Translations under genes and position numbers: made by a program
The notes under the pieces: generated by a model
What the model saw: the letters and a program-made list of their open reading frames with translations, nothing else
What the model was told of the DNA's origin: nothing
Databases searched by the model: none
Shown here: positions 11,618 through 23,571 of the stretch, one piece after another
Layout of the letters: each line of letters opens with the position of its first letter
Numbering within the stretch: position 1 is the first letter of the stretch
From: Phoronis australis
Lineage: Eukaryota > Animalia > Phoronida
NCBI GenBank assembly: GCA_002633005.1
Contig: NMRA01000268.1
Coordinates: 192,585-256,584 of the forward strand
Reading direction: 5' to 3'
Length of the DNA: 64,000 nt

Positions 11618-14600
11618 CATAGACAATAGACAACATATTCGCAACTCCGACATTTTCTTCCTTGCTAGCCAAGAGGCGCCGCCACTCTCGTCAATTTTCT
11701 GGTGCAGTTTCCGGTTAGTGTATTTTGACGAGAAATATTTGCATCTACTGTACTGTCCAGTACAACGAAAAAAATATTAATTTCGTCATTGATACGCTGT
11801 TCAAAGTCTTTCGATAGTAGAAGTGTTTGTATCGTGAGTACTTTTGGCAATGCTACTGGTAATTAATTACAAAATTCAAGCTTCGGTGCCGACTGATTAT
11901 GTCATCTGCTTGCCCAATAACATAGCAGCATAGTTATCGCACTGTTTGTGATTTATGGTTCACATAGGCCTATTGATAAAACTACGAAAGCATGTTTGTG
12001 CACAAATTCCAAGGAGTACCTGTGAATGCAAAAGATACTTATATAACGTTTTTGGTTTAGAAAAATATTAATTTTGTTCGAATTAAAAATGCGCCTCTGC
12101 AACAATTTGATTAGTTTAACCTTTGCATGTTTATAATTCAACATTCTCAAGTGAGTAATTCTTCTGGGAAGAGTTGAGTGGTCCTTAAAAGGGCCGTTGG
12201 TTGTAGTGTGCATGAGCCTTGGTATAGCGTAAAATGGTTCTTAAAAGAACTGTTGAATAATTCAACATAAATCACACAGTATACCGTGCTCACTCAAGTA
12301 CTGAAGGTCCTCTTCATTCAAGTTTTCATCAGGAAAGGTTGGATGAAAACAGAGGAGATGACAATATCGATGACAGTTGTAACATCCTATATAAACGTTA
12401 CCGTTCTCCAAAGCACGTTATCACGAACCCTGCCTCTTTCTGTTCTTGTTCATGGATTCAAAAGTAACCCTGAACCGTAGGGAAAAAGACATACAGCAAA
12501 AACGAATCAAATTTCGAAAATCATCGCCTTCATTCAATTCTCTGTCGTTGTCGACAGACTGATGTTCTTCCCCAACACCAATGTCGAAAATCGACGTTAC
12601 AAGTGATGGAAACTTGTGTCCTTTGTTTCTAACTTTTAACCCATTTTTTAAGAAAGGGGTGTACTGATTTTGTCTAATGTTGATAGAGCATAACTGTTGA
12701 TTTTTACAATGCATTAATAGTGTTGAATGCATTCATATTAAATGGCTTCATTGAATAAATTAATTGTAACACAATAAAGTTACGAAAATAAATAGAGCAG
12801 TAACAGGACTCTAAGAATCGAGCTTTTTTCTAAAACTTTGCGCCATTGGTGATCTGATTGGTTCATGCATTTACGGCAGGAAAATAATAGACCAAGTATC
12901 GTGCACGTGTGCACTGCAGCAACACTTTGTAGCTTATTCTTATTTGGCTAATCTGTTGATACAGTAAATTTCCTTATTTATGCCCATCCTGATTTGACCG
13001 TAACTTGAGCTTGTTGTGTTCTATCATATATTGGGTTGGCATTGGGACCCACATGGTGCTTACTCGAATGGGCTTCATTATACCAACTGTTTCAAATTAT
13101 GTAGGTGAAGTAAATAAACAAAGTGGGTGATTATCATCACCGGAATTTCATCACTAGTATCTTTTGCCGGGTGCTCAAATTTTCTGAGACTATGGATTGT
13201 CAGATGTGTAAGGTAAAAGTGTTTCGCTGGATTTCCAGGTCTGTGGCGTTATTCATAAAAACGAGACCTTTGTTTAAATCAGGAGCTGCATGATACACGT
13301 TTTACCAGACGTGCACAGGCAGCGCATGTGGGCCCATTGCACTGATCACTTGGAACGATTTTTATTGTTTCTAAATATATAGTTAAACCAAGCTGAGGAG
13401 CTTGAAACCTGATTCACGGCAATTTTTGGCAGTGGGATTTTCTGAAAAATGCTCGTAAGTTAACAACAAAGTTTGATAGCAATGCACTGCAGTTTTGTAG
13501 AAACTCTGTGATAGGTTACAGATGCGTCACAAAGCGTAAATTTGTTGAGTTCTAGCTTAGCTTATGATTTCACCTGTTTCGGAGACCGGGTTTCAACCAC
13601 TTTTGGTCTATAATAAGCGACCCCCTCACCTTCCTGAAGCGGATTTTTCTAAGGGCCCTGGCCGCTTATTAGGGCGAATACGGTAATATTTCAAAAGGGC
13701 AGTACTCAGTATCCTTTATGCACGGGATCCATTTCTTACATTAGGAGTGGGATTGGTTCATTATGTACCCTACAGGTGGCATAGGACTTTACAAAACTGT
13801 CTGAAGAATTTTGTTTTCGTCATCAACGTTCGTTTGAAAGGCTTAAATTTGGAAATGTTACGACTTAAGGCGGAAATTTAAAAACCATTTGTCCGCTTAC
13901 AAAAATTTAACATTGAAGAATAAAAACAACCTTCACACCCCTCTGGTGTTCTTGTTCTATGTTTTCAACGAAGTTGGTTGCATTTTCATAGACTGCAGTC
14001 GAGAGATTTTGTGCGGCATATATTCGACATGAAAAGATTGTGTAACCGGCTGTTGAATTGCGAGATAGATTTTGACTGGTCCAGGTGGTTACTTCGGAAG
14101 TATTAAAGTAATCCTTATTTATGTTAAAGGTTTTACCAGCGTTCTATTTATTTGTACACGAATGTGAATTTGTTGAAAACGTTGATTCAAATCCTGGCCA
14201 AATGTGCGCATACTGCTGAGACCAACCGTCTGATAAGGGTCAGCGAAGAATAATTTGGTTAATTCGCTCACTAGACTATGGCTTCTCTTAAGGACAGGTG
14301 TTCATGAGTCACTACCTGAAATTTAGCGGACAATTTTCGTCAAAAAACGTTTACCAGATAGTTTTCATCAAAACGGAGAAAACAAAAACGGATTTGTGAA
14401 GACAGGATTAAGTAGTAGGCCAACCAGAGCCTCTTAAAAAACATTCATCTTCGAAGTGCCTTGAACAAATGTTTAAAGCCTTATTGCTGAAACAACTCCC
14501 ATTCACGTTGACACAAGAAGTAAGCTTTTCTTCCCACAGCCGATTATGGGGTCTTCGGATAGTATGGAAGCTAATTCCTTTGCATTTCGCGTGTGGCCGA

Positions 14601-14772
14601 ACAACTGGCCACATAGCAGCCGGCCATGATTAGCAGACGACGTACTTGCCGGAAATTGCCCCAGAAAATTAGCCAGGTGTCGCCAGTGAATAATGACGTA
14701 AGGGCTTGTAAGATCACAGATTTCGTCCACTGAAAGTATACGGAGTTGGCGGTCCATGTACTATAGTCTATG
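11618..14772 (-). mobile_element. P-element-like DNA transposon with decayed THAP/transposase
   Basis: TIR CATAGACAATAG (11618) / CTATAGTCTATG (14761-14772); exact 7-bp TSD ATGCAAC at 11611-11617 and 14773-14779. Frameshifted THAP domain on minus strand at 14408-14628 (MAGCYVASC..KGISFH..W..ICSRHFEDECF). Confidence 0.8.
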
Positions 14773-15015
14773 ATGCAACCGAGCCCTATCATCTTTTTCA
14801 TGAAAGGTGACTTGGAGACTAAGTCAGAAACTTGGTGTTATACGCCACACAATTATTCATGAAAAATAATTAAGTCTAAATCTCTCTTAAGCAAAAAAAC
14901 ACATAGTCTTCTAACTACTAAGTTGATTTTATGAATTATTTCTAGGTTTTACACGGCCAAATCCTTTATTTCTGTCTCAATTCCTTAGTAACGTTTCATG
15001 AAAATGGATCCTGTA

Positions 15016-15648
15016 GCCCATTTCATGACACCTGGTTAATTTGTTTTTCATAGTTTTATGAAATGTCTCGGGACCAAAATTAAGACCGTAAGCGGCGTAA
15101 ATTATGAATGCAAGTTATCCTGCTACGAAGTACGCTTAAGATTAAAATTATGGTATAAATGACCAAACTTTACGACTATAGTCGTGCGACTATAGTCGTT
15201 GTAAATTCTTGAGGAACAAATTTCGTTGATATCTTTTCAATGTTTTACAACCAAATGGCTCCAAACAATTTCAAATTGAGAACTGTTTGCTTTGGATTCG
15301 AGTACGTTCAAAGCATCACAGTGGTAAAACAATGCAGTGTGACTTACCTCCGTATCTTAAATCCCGTTTTCCAGCCATAGCAAGGTCTTCTCAAGTATTG
15401 ATCACAATTGCATCTAAAACGAAGATAACCCACCAAATAGTGTTCCAAGATAAATGTTACACCTGAAACCGAATTTTGTACATCCCTTGGGACTTTTTCC
15501 ATCTCAATTAAGACCAAATAATGAAAACCAACGTTTTGTTCATGAAATGGTCGTTTCTGAATTTCTAGTGTTGAATTAGCCTGAATTTCGGTCTTAAATT
15601 AGACACATTTTTGAGATCATCGGTCAAGCGATTTTTCATGAAATGGGT
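15016..15648. mobile_element. Possible PIF/Harbinger-type MITE
   Basis: Short inverted ends GCCCATTTCATGA ... TCATGAAATGGGT; related GGGCCCGTT-type ends at ~22037 and ~22227. No TSD established. Confidence 0.3.
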
Positions 15649-16449
15649 ATTTGGTGATTAGCATATGGCAGAACCAAACAACCTTTGATGAAGTCATGAA
15701 ACGTATTGAGGTACAATATTTTTTCCTGATAAAGTGCTGCATCTAGAATGTAATTTGTGTGAATGGGTTCCTCCCTTCCGGACATAAGTGCAATAAAAAC
15801 TGTTGTGGCGTTTTGCCCAATAGTTTCATTTCACACAGTTTGAGGAATATATTTTCAAATCATGTACTAGAGTGATCAAAGGTAACACCATCTGAATAAG
15901 AAGTGCGCCCCCTTTGGGTTGTAGTTTCAGAAAGTTCCATACATATATGTTCACTAGGAATACAAAAAACGTTAACTTACGTCGAAGTAAAGGATTCAGT
16001 AAATCGAGAAATACTATTAATGCCGTGAAACACAAAACTGACACTGTGCAAAGAAATTAGTCCGTTTTTAAAATTCATTGAATTCATTAAAGGTATTTTT
16101 TTCAACCTATATAAATGTGATGCTTTGCCAGAGGTGCATTGCATCCCTCGGAATGGCTTCAGAAAAATCTTGTGTATCCTACATGTTTGTGACCCGAGTC
16201 ACTTTGAAATCGAAACTTTTTAGCAGTTTGTGAAAAGTTTAGTAATTTCTAAATTAAAAAGCAATTACTAAGAGCATCATAATTAACATTGTCATCTGCC
16301 TGTCATCAGCACTACACGTAGAACGCAAGCCGAGAATAAATCGTTCACAGTTACACTCCCTACGCAACGATCAAGTTGTAGCTCTTCCATCGAAGCGAGA
16401 CGGCAGAATTCCGCACAGATTTGAAATCCGTTTTCCGTAGGTACGCGTT

Positions 16450-16457
16450 TATAAAAA
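16450..16457 (+). promoter_or_regulatory. TATA box of the secreted peptide-precursor-like gene
   Basis: TATAAAAA ~80 bp upstream of ATG|GTAAGT, consistent with a TSS near 16480 and a short 5' UTR. Confidence 0.55.
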
Positions 16458-16531
16458 GGATCGCCTTTCTGTCGATTTTATAGAGTGTCGTGTGGTGTTC
16501 AGTGGTGTATCGTCAGCTACTGTGAAGTTAG

Positions 16532-16534
16532 ATG
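16532..16534 (+). CDS. Coding exon 1 (ATG only) of orphan secreted precursor-like protein
   Basis: ATG immediately followed by a perfect GTAAGT donor (16535); phase 0 joins in frame to the acceptor at 19460 and supplies the Met of a signal peptide. Confidence 0.6.
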
Positions 16535-19328
16535 GTAAGTATTTTATGTTGATTTATTTTTAATTAAGTGTTTTGGCATAGAGAATGTCGCTGTTTATTT
16601 CCATTTAATTTGTGACTAAAATGTTTGAGTCTGGAGTTCAGAGTTTTGGCAACATGATTAAAGGTGATTCAAACAAATCTAATGTGAATAGATATTGATT
16701 TAGACCTGTTGTGAGCTCGCATCCTGTCGAAAACATAACTTTTGATTGAGACATCAGCGCTTGTTAGTGTCGACTTATTCTTTTCTCAGATTAGAAATTA
16801 TTTCTTAGGGCAAACTTTCTACTTGGTTCTGGCTATTGCGCAATTTTTGCCTGTTCTGAGAGAAAGTAACTTCCACTAAATCACACCCTGATTATGTCAC
16901 AGAGAATTCTGTGAAAAATAGGTGGGCTAGTCTTCGCATAAATGCCAATAACAACGTCTAAAGCGACAATAAGGCGTACCGGTGCAGCAGACTTTCAAAC
17001 TTGATCCACTATGTTGAGGAATTGCGACAGGTACAGAGCATTAAGCCTATTTTGTTTCAAGGATACGTAGCATTTTTCGTTCAGGTAAAACATGATTTTA
17101 TGTCCTTTCAAACAAAATTGCCGTTGTTTAAGCGAATAACTATTTAAGTGATTGTCGTTTATGCATAAAAAGGACAAAAATTGACAAATGAAACCTTTGA
17201 CCTAAAGTGCACCATGTTAACATATGCAACGTAGACAACAACTCGACAAATACATGCAAGGAGGGCACAAGTGTAAATACTTAGTGCATGTTGGTTGCTG
17301 AATCGCACTTTTAGCAACTGAAATCCTAGTTCGCAGACATTCCTAAGAATGCGTAGAAGACCCCCCACAGAGGGGGTTTGGCTTGATGGGTTGACCGGCA
17401 TTATTCTCCCATCGATCCACCAGTCTTCAGATGCATGTTTGTTTTAATATCCGATGTTATTTCTTTAACAATTACTGTAAAAACAATTCGCGGATCTCCA
17501 GCAAATTCAGTATTAAAGGCGACTATACGCAATGGAACCTTGGCGATTGCTTGCGAAATCGGCGCGCGACACGCTTCAATATTTTAAGCGTCATTTTGTC
17601 GTATTTTGACTCAAACTTATTACAGATATAAAACTTGTTTGTTCTTCAATCAAATTGGAAGTGATTTCAGGACTTCAAATGAACTGAAAGTTCGTTATTT
17701 CATCAGACCAAGCTCATCAAAATTTCAAGTCACTACGCAATTAGCCTGGTCAGACGAAACAACGAACGCTTACTTCTTTCCGACCCCAGGGATCACGTCG
17801 AAATTTGTTCTTAATAGAAAAAACAGATTTAATGCCGCTTTAACTGTTTGAGAATTCAACCATTTGACGCCATTTTCTGTTTCCTGTTTTTTGCTCAACT
17901 ACTAAACAAACATTACGATACTCCAAAATGGCGTATCTCATTCATTTTTGGTGTGATGTTGAGAATATTCACTGAGACTGATTGCTTATTGATAGTAAAT
18001 GCCATTTTCCCGATTATGATCAAATAACACGATGTTGCTGTTCGATCCTGCCGTGAGCTTTGTGTTTGACTTTTTTCGCCAAAATAGTGTAAAAGTTTAT
18101 GTGTTCCCTAAACATCAGGGGAAATCAATATTTCCAAGAGGTTTGTTATAAAACAAAGGAAGTGAAAGTTTTCGGTGAGTTGAGCAACTAAAGTTCGAAT
18201 TTGCTTTTACCGAATGAGGCCAGTGCAGATGACGTCTCCACCAGCAATCTTAGGAGGAATTTGGCTTGATTATGTTCGCCAAACTGTACGCTGCGTAGAA
18301 TCTTTCACGTTTTGTTCACGTTGGTACTGGCCTCGGTGGCCGACAAGCTAATTCCAGTATCATTTGAGTAACGGAATGGGTGGAATTACAATGATTATTT
18401 CGTGTGTGGCTAGTTTCTCATCCGCTCCTTCCATCTATACTACTTTGAAGCAAACAAAACAGTGGCTAAAAAGCGTAAATAACATCTGAAATAAGGCACT
18501 AGTTAAAGATACAATATTGCGTTTTATAGACTAATTTCGGGATCAATTACGGAGCTTTTCATAAACTTTTTAAGTATTGACACATAAAAGTCTTTACTTG
18601 TTAATGTCGTAATTATTGCATAATCATATTACTTGCCCAAAAGCAATGCCAAGATGTTCGTTATCACATGACTGCGTTTTTCACAAATGTGATTTTTCAT
18701 GGAAATCGCTGTATTTTAATACAAACTTTTTATTGGCTACAAAAGCGTGACTGCGAGAGAGACAGAGAGAGAGAGAGTGTGCGGTACGAAAGGGGGGGCC
18801 GGGCTTTTAAAAATCTAGATTTTGGCTTTTTTTTTCAATGAATGATGACGTCTTCATTTTGTGACAGCGGTGTTTCTGGGTTAAAGGTCTTAAAAGAAAT
18901 ACCCAGAAACGTTATTGCAGCTAAGAGAATTCGTGTTTGTGGAAAATACGGCGATCTCTGTAAAAAGTCGTAATTAAAATGCGTTCACATGGTTGCGAAT
19001 ATACATGCTTAAGAAATTTGATCTTTGGTGTTGAAGGTAACAAATCACCTTAACGAGGCTGTTCACTTAAAGTCTCATCAAATGAAATGAACCACAAACC
19101 ACGCCAAGAACATGACGCCGAATTGTAGTATAAAAGATGTTTAAGAAATTTATTTTTGAACTTCTCCAAAGGTGCACCATGTGGTAATCATAAACTGTTA
19201 ACTATTGAAATAGAAGTTGAAGTAGTGTAATATTAATGAATTTATGGGTGAACTAATTTTTACATTGGGGAACTCATTTGATATTTTGAATAAACAATAT
19301 AAATATTTCCATGATAGCAAGTAACAGC

Positions 19329-19399
19329 ATATGTTCACGAAAACAACAACGGATTTAACATGTCAAGTTTTAAATCCGTTGTTGTTTTCGTGAACATAT
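19329..19399. repeat. Perfect ~29-bp-stem hairpin in intron, ~60 bp before the acceptor
   Basis: ATATGTTCACGAAAACAACAACGGATTTAA ... TTAAATCCGTTGTTGTTTTCGTGAACATAT. Confidence 0.85.
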
Positions 19400-19459
19400 A
19401 AATATTTGCCTGAAAATGCTTTTACTCTATATACTTGAGCTCCTTCTTTCCTTTTGTAG

Positions 19460-19975
19460 GAAACGATTCTCATATTTGTTTGCTTAGCCTTTGCTTCGAG
19501 CCGTGCTACAGGAGTGTGGAGTGAACCTGAAGCGGGAGGAAGCAGTTATTCCAGTGACCCGGTTCACCGTAATGATCGTTTGGAATGGAATGGTGTGCAA
19601 GGACTGAACATTTACCGGGGGACCTCGGATGGAAACCGAAAAAACTTGTTTGGTCTCAAACGCTCCGACATTCGCAGCTCGATCAACGTGTTGAAAAACG
19701 AGCAAGCTGGACTTTTCGGCTCTGACATAGCCGGCGGACGATTCCGTCGGCGTTACGTCGCACAAGATAGACATCCGGCCCCAAACAAGTTCACCAGAAC
19801 ACCGCTTGATCAAAACCTGGGAATCATTCTGCCACGTTTTGGAAATCCTGGTTACGTCACTGGACTCCGCAGCCTCATGTTTAAACGAAAAGATGGCCAG
19901 TTGTCAAAAAATATTGAAATCTTGCTCCAAAATAAGACACCATTAAAGAGCAATTTTAATGGGAGATTCCGTTGA
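19460..19975 (+). CDS. Coding exon 2 of orphan 172-aa secreted protein, neuropeptide/prohormone-precursor-like
   Basis: Polypyrimidine tract + TAG acceptor (19441-19459). Open frame (M)ETILIFVCLAFASSRATG-VWSEPE...RK-NLFGL-KR-SDIRSS...GGRF-RRR-YVAQ...PRFG...LMF-KRK-DGQL...NGRFR*. GC content higher than flanks; AATAAA at 20055-20060. Confidence 0.72.
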   Translation, partial: ETILIFVCLAFASSRATGVWSEPEAGGSSYSSDPVHRNDRLEWNGVQGLNIYRGTSDGNRKNLFGLKRSDIRSSINVLKNEQAGLFGSDIAGGRFRRRYVAQDRHPAPNKFTRTPLDQNLGIILPRFGNPGYVTGLRSLMFKRKDGQLSKNIEILLQNKTPLKSNFNGRFR

Positions 19976-22616
19976 CACCTCAACGATGTCGTTGTTTTGT
20001 TCATGTTTTCCGATTACCACTTTCTATTTCACTATCACGTCGTTATTGTACTGTAATAAAAATTGGCACTGATATGGAAATTCGTTTTTAGTCGGCGTTA
20101 TATTATGTTATGTCATTCAAATAGGTAGTTATCGAAAAGTGGGACAATTATAAACAATTTGTTAAGGGGAATTACATAACATCACTCATGTTTTCTTTGA
20201 AAAGGAAATAATAAAAACGCAATTCCATTCGACATCACTGCTATTCTTCCAATTATACTAAAAGGGTAATACTTTCGTTGTCTCCCCAATCGTCAAAACT
20301 ATTGTCATTGTACTTGTAAAAGGGTCATCTTTCTGGAAAATTGTGATTTCGTCTGATAAAATCGTTACATCTGGTGCAAGATTAACACATGGCTGTAAGT
20401 AAGTAGCCAACTTGATGATACGCACATCACGCAAGTGTCTGTCCGCCATTTTCCCGACGCTCCACTTCCGTGGAGTGGGAGATAATGGATTTCCGATTTT
20501 CAATAGAGCCTAAGACGAAGCCAGAACGAACTAAGGTCACAGAAGTTATTATTGCATCACAGAAGCTCCAATCAATTCAGAAAAAGACCTACGTAGAGCA
20601 GGTACGAGATGAGCGTAATTATGAGGTTAGATGTAACCCTAATTCAGATAAAATGTGAGAAGGTTTCAAATAAATTCGATTCCAAACGTGTTTTGAAGTG
20701 AAAAACGACACTTTTGGAAAGACTGTCAGCCTTTCACTAACGAGCGTGGTTTGTTTACGTGCAGCCTGTCAATCAAATCAAATTCCCCTACAAAGTTTTC
20801 CCATAATGCAACGGCCTTTATTTGTCAACCCACACACTCATTCGAGTGAAGCATCTGCCGTATCGTTTCAAAGTTCTGAGCCGGGTTCTAATCTTTTTAC
20901 TGGAGATCGAACCCAAAATTGTTTTTTGCCTTTCCTATTCTAAATTTGTGCAAACTAAGAATGAGTGTCAATTATTCTGTGGCTTTTGTGGATGACTGTC
21001 TAATCCTAGTTTGCACTCAATGGTCCCATTATTAAGGATAAGAGCTCTAATCTGAACTCGAAATTTCGAGTTTGAACAAAGGTAGAATGGAAATTGCTGA
21101 AAATATTTTCAAATAAAAAGATTAGATCCCGGCCCTTGAACATTTTATTCATTTTGATGTCGCGTTAAAGTCAGCCTGTGAATGAAAATATGTGTTAGAA
21201 TATAAGAGGAAGTTCGATCTCGTGTAAGCCAATTCCATGCGAGCCTCGATTCTCTGCTCCAACGGTGTATCACCGTTTGAGTGGCTGCGGACTTATCGAC
21301 CACCGCCAGTGCATCTTTGACAGGTTAAGGATACATGGCTGAGGACGTGGCGTTTCAAACCTTGCATACCGCTGTGCAGCTTTTCAAAATATACAAAACA
21401 CGATGGCTGAAATTGGTGCAAGCGGGCGCGTTTTGTTTTTCCTTATAGTCAGGGACCACAGAGCTTAAAATGGATCCTGATAATGGCCTGAATCAACTGT
21501 GCTGTTCGAGCTTAAGGATGAAATGGTAGTTCTGGGACCCTAGAAATTCATCACAAGAATTTTAAGGGTCAGTGCCTTGTTGAATGAAGCACTATCAAGT
21601 CAAGACACAACTATGTTCCTTAAATTTTAACCGCATATTCGAACTTATGCAAACACAGACAGAACACTCTAATGTTATTTTGTCATTATTACTTAGTACA
21701 TATTTCACTTTGAACCACACCAAGAGTAAACTCCTCGTTAAATTCTCAAAATTCTTGAAAGTAAATAGGGACTTTTTCATGCAACGTCCTTTCTGCGCAT
21801 GTGTGTTGTTAACTCGCAATTGTTATGTTTTCCTAACAGTTATTTTAATTGAAATAAGTTTTAGATGAATTATTCGAAAATAATATAAGTAAATGAGGAG
21901 CTCATGACAATGATAAGGTGATACAATTTCAATTAAAATAAATGTTAAAAACATAGCAATTGCGAATAGACTCACAAGCGTAGAAGATGAACTTAGGTGA
22001 GTCCGTGTTTGGGACTCTTTCATATAACCAGACACAGGGGCCCGTTAATGAAAGTGGTAAGTCCACTAAGACGGTCGCAACTTCGATATTAACGTGCGCG
22101 AGTCACCATGGCTCATGAAGGCGGTCGTCAACTCTGAGTATGAATCCGAATTGATTTGTGCTCTGACACTTTTGACTTGTCCATGTAGCCATGCAGTTAA
22201 GTCAGCAAACGACAGTGAAATCCTAAGGGGCCCGTTTTATCAGAGTTCGTGAGTCTCGTCGTAGCTAAGACAGTCGCAGGCATGGTTTGTGAAAGCAACG
22301 CTGTTTTTGGCATGAATGAAACCAGTGTTATCAGCGTAAAAGTGATCGACACTCATAATTAAGCTGAGCACCTACCTTTACAAACCTCGTGAATGCATTA
22401 TTCGCCAATAAAATTTAAAGATGTAATCGATTTAGCGTTGAACAGATTTGCCCCCGTTGATTAAACGGAGCTCAGGTGTGTTTCTTGATGATCAACTTAA
22501 TGATAATTTTATTTCATGGTCGCCTGTTAGTCATTGAATTAACTGTGAGAGGATTGTAATTTGAGATAGAACGCTCGACTGTTTAAAAAGGTTAGCGTGA
22601 CATAGAAATGAAGGAT

Positions 22617-22740
22617 ATCCTACATACGTAGGAATAATACTGCCATGTCTTATCTCGAATTCATTTAATCTGGAAATGTCCCAACGAGACCGATGAATTC
22701 GAGATAGGATATCGCAGTAGTATTCCTATGTATGTAGGAT
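22617..22740. repeat. ~125-bp hairpin, probable end of a non-autonomous element
   Basis: ATCCTACATACGTAGGAATA..CTTATCTCGAATTCAT / ATGAATTCGAGATAGG..TATTCCTATGTATGTAGGAT. Confidence 0.75.
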
Positions 22741-23571
22741 TACTCATTTACCCCTTGCGTATGAACTTGTTTACATCGCGGCGACATCTTGTTGCCATGC
22801 GCTTTGGCTTTTTGTGATATGAAATCATATATATGCTAAGCCTACCCGCGCAGTTTAAGCGACAATGTTAATTAACTGTGATGTTGAATAACTAACCGTT
22901 TTATTTCATTATAAATTGATAAGAAATTTTCGTTTGCGAAATATACAAATCAAAACAATGAACAATTCAATAATAGTAAACGTTGGTTTTGAGAATATAA
23001 ATCTTGAAACATTAACTTAACAATCGTGAAGCAGTGTGTCATTTTAGCCTCGTTGAATTTCTTAGTTCTCTAGGTCCATGTTCGTGGCTTAGCTTCAGGA
23101 ATGGAAATACTGCTAGAATTTTTTCCCCTGTGTTGAATACAGCGCTGGAAATTAACGGTGGAAACTACTGATTCGCAGAACTTGAGGTAAGGACTGCATT
23201 GCAAAAAGCAAATTTTTTCGATACCAGCTACGGAGAGCCGAGGAACCCTGCGAGTAGACGATTGTGTTAGTAAACAACACAAACTCAATATTGCTGTTGG
23301 TCGCAATTTCTTGTAAATATATTAGTTCTCCGTGTAAATACGCTGTATGCATCCATAATAAAATGTTTTCGTTAGATTTGAATTAGATTTGTGTCTGATT
23401 TTCTTAAGGACGCTATGTAGGCAATTAACCTATTGATGATGATGATTCTAATTAAAACTAGCGATACCTAAAATATCCACCTGATCACAGTGTGTCGGAA
23501 TTTTTGCTGAACGTTTACAGTTTTTAAAGCAGTAAAACTGCGTTTTCAAGAACCACACTTTGGATCAATGT

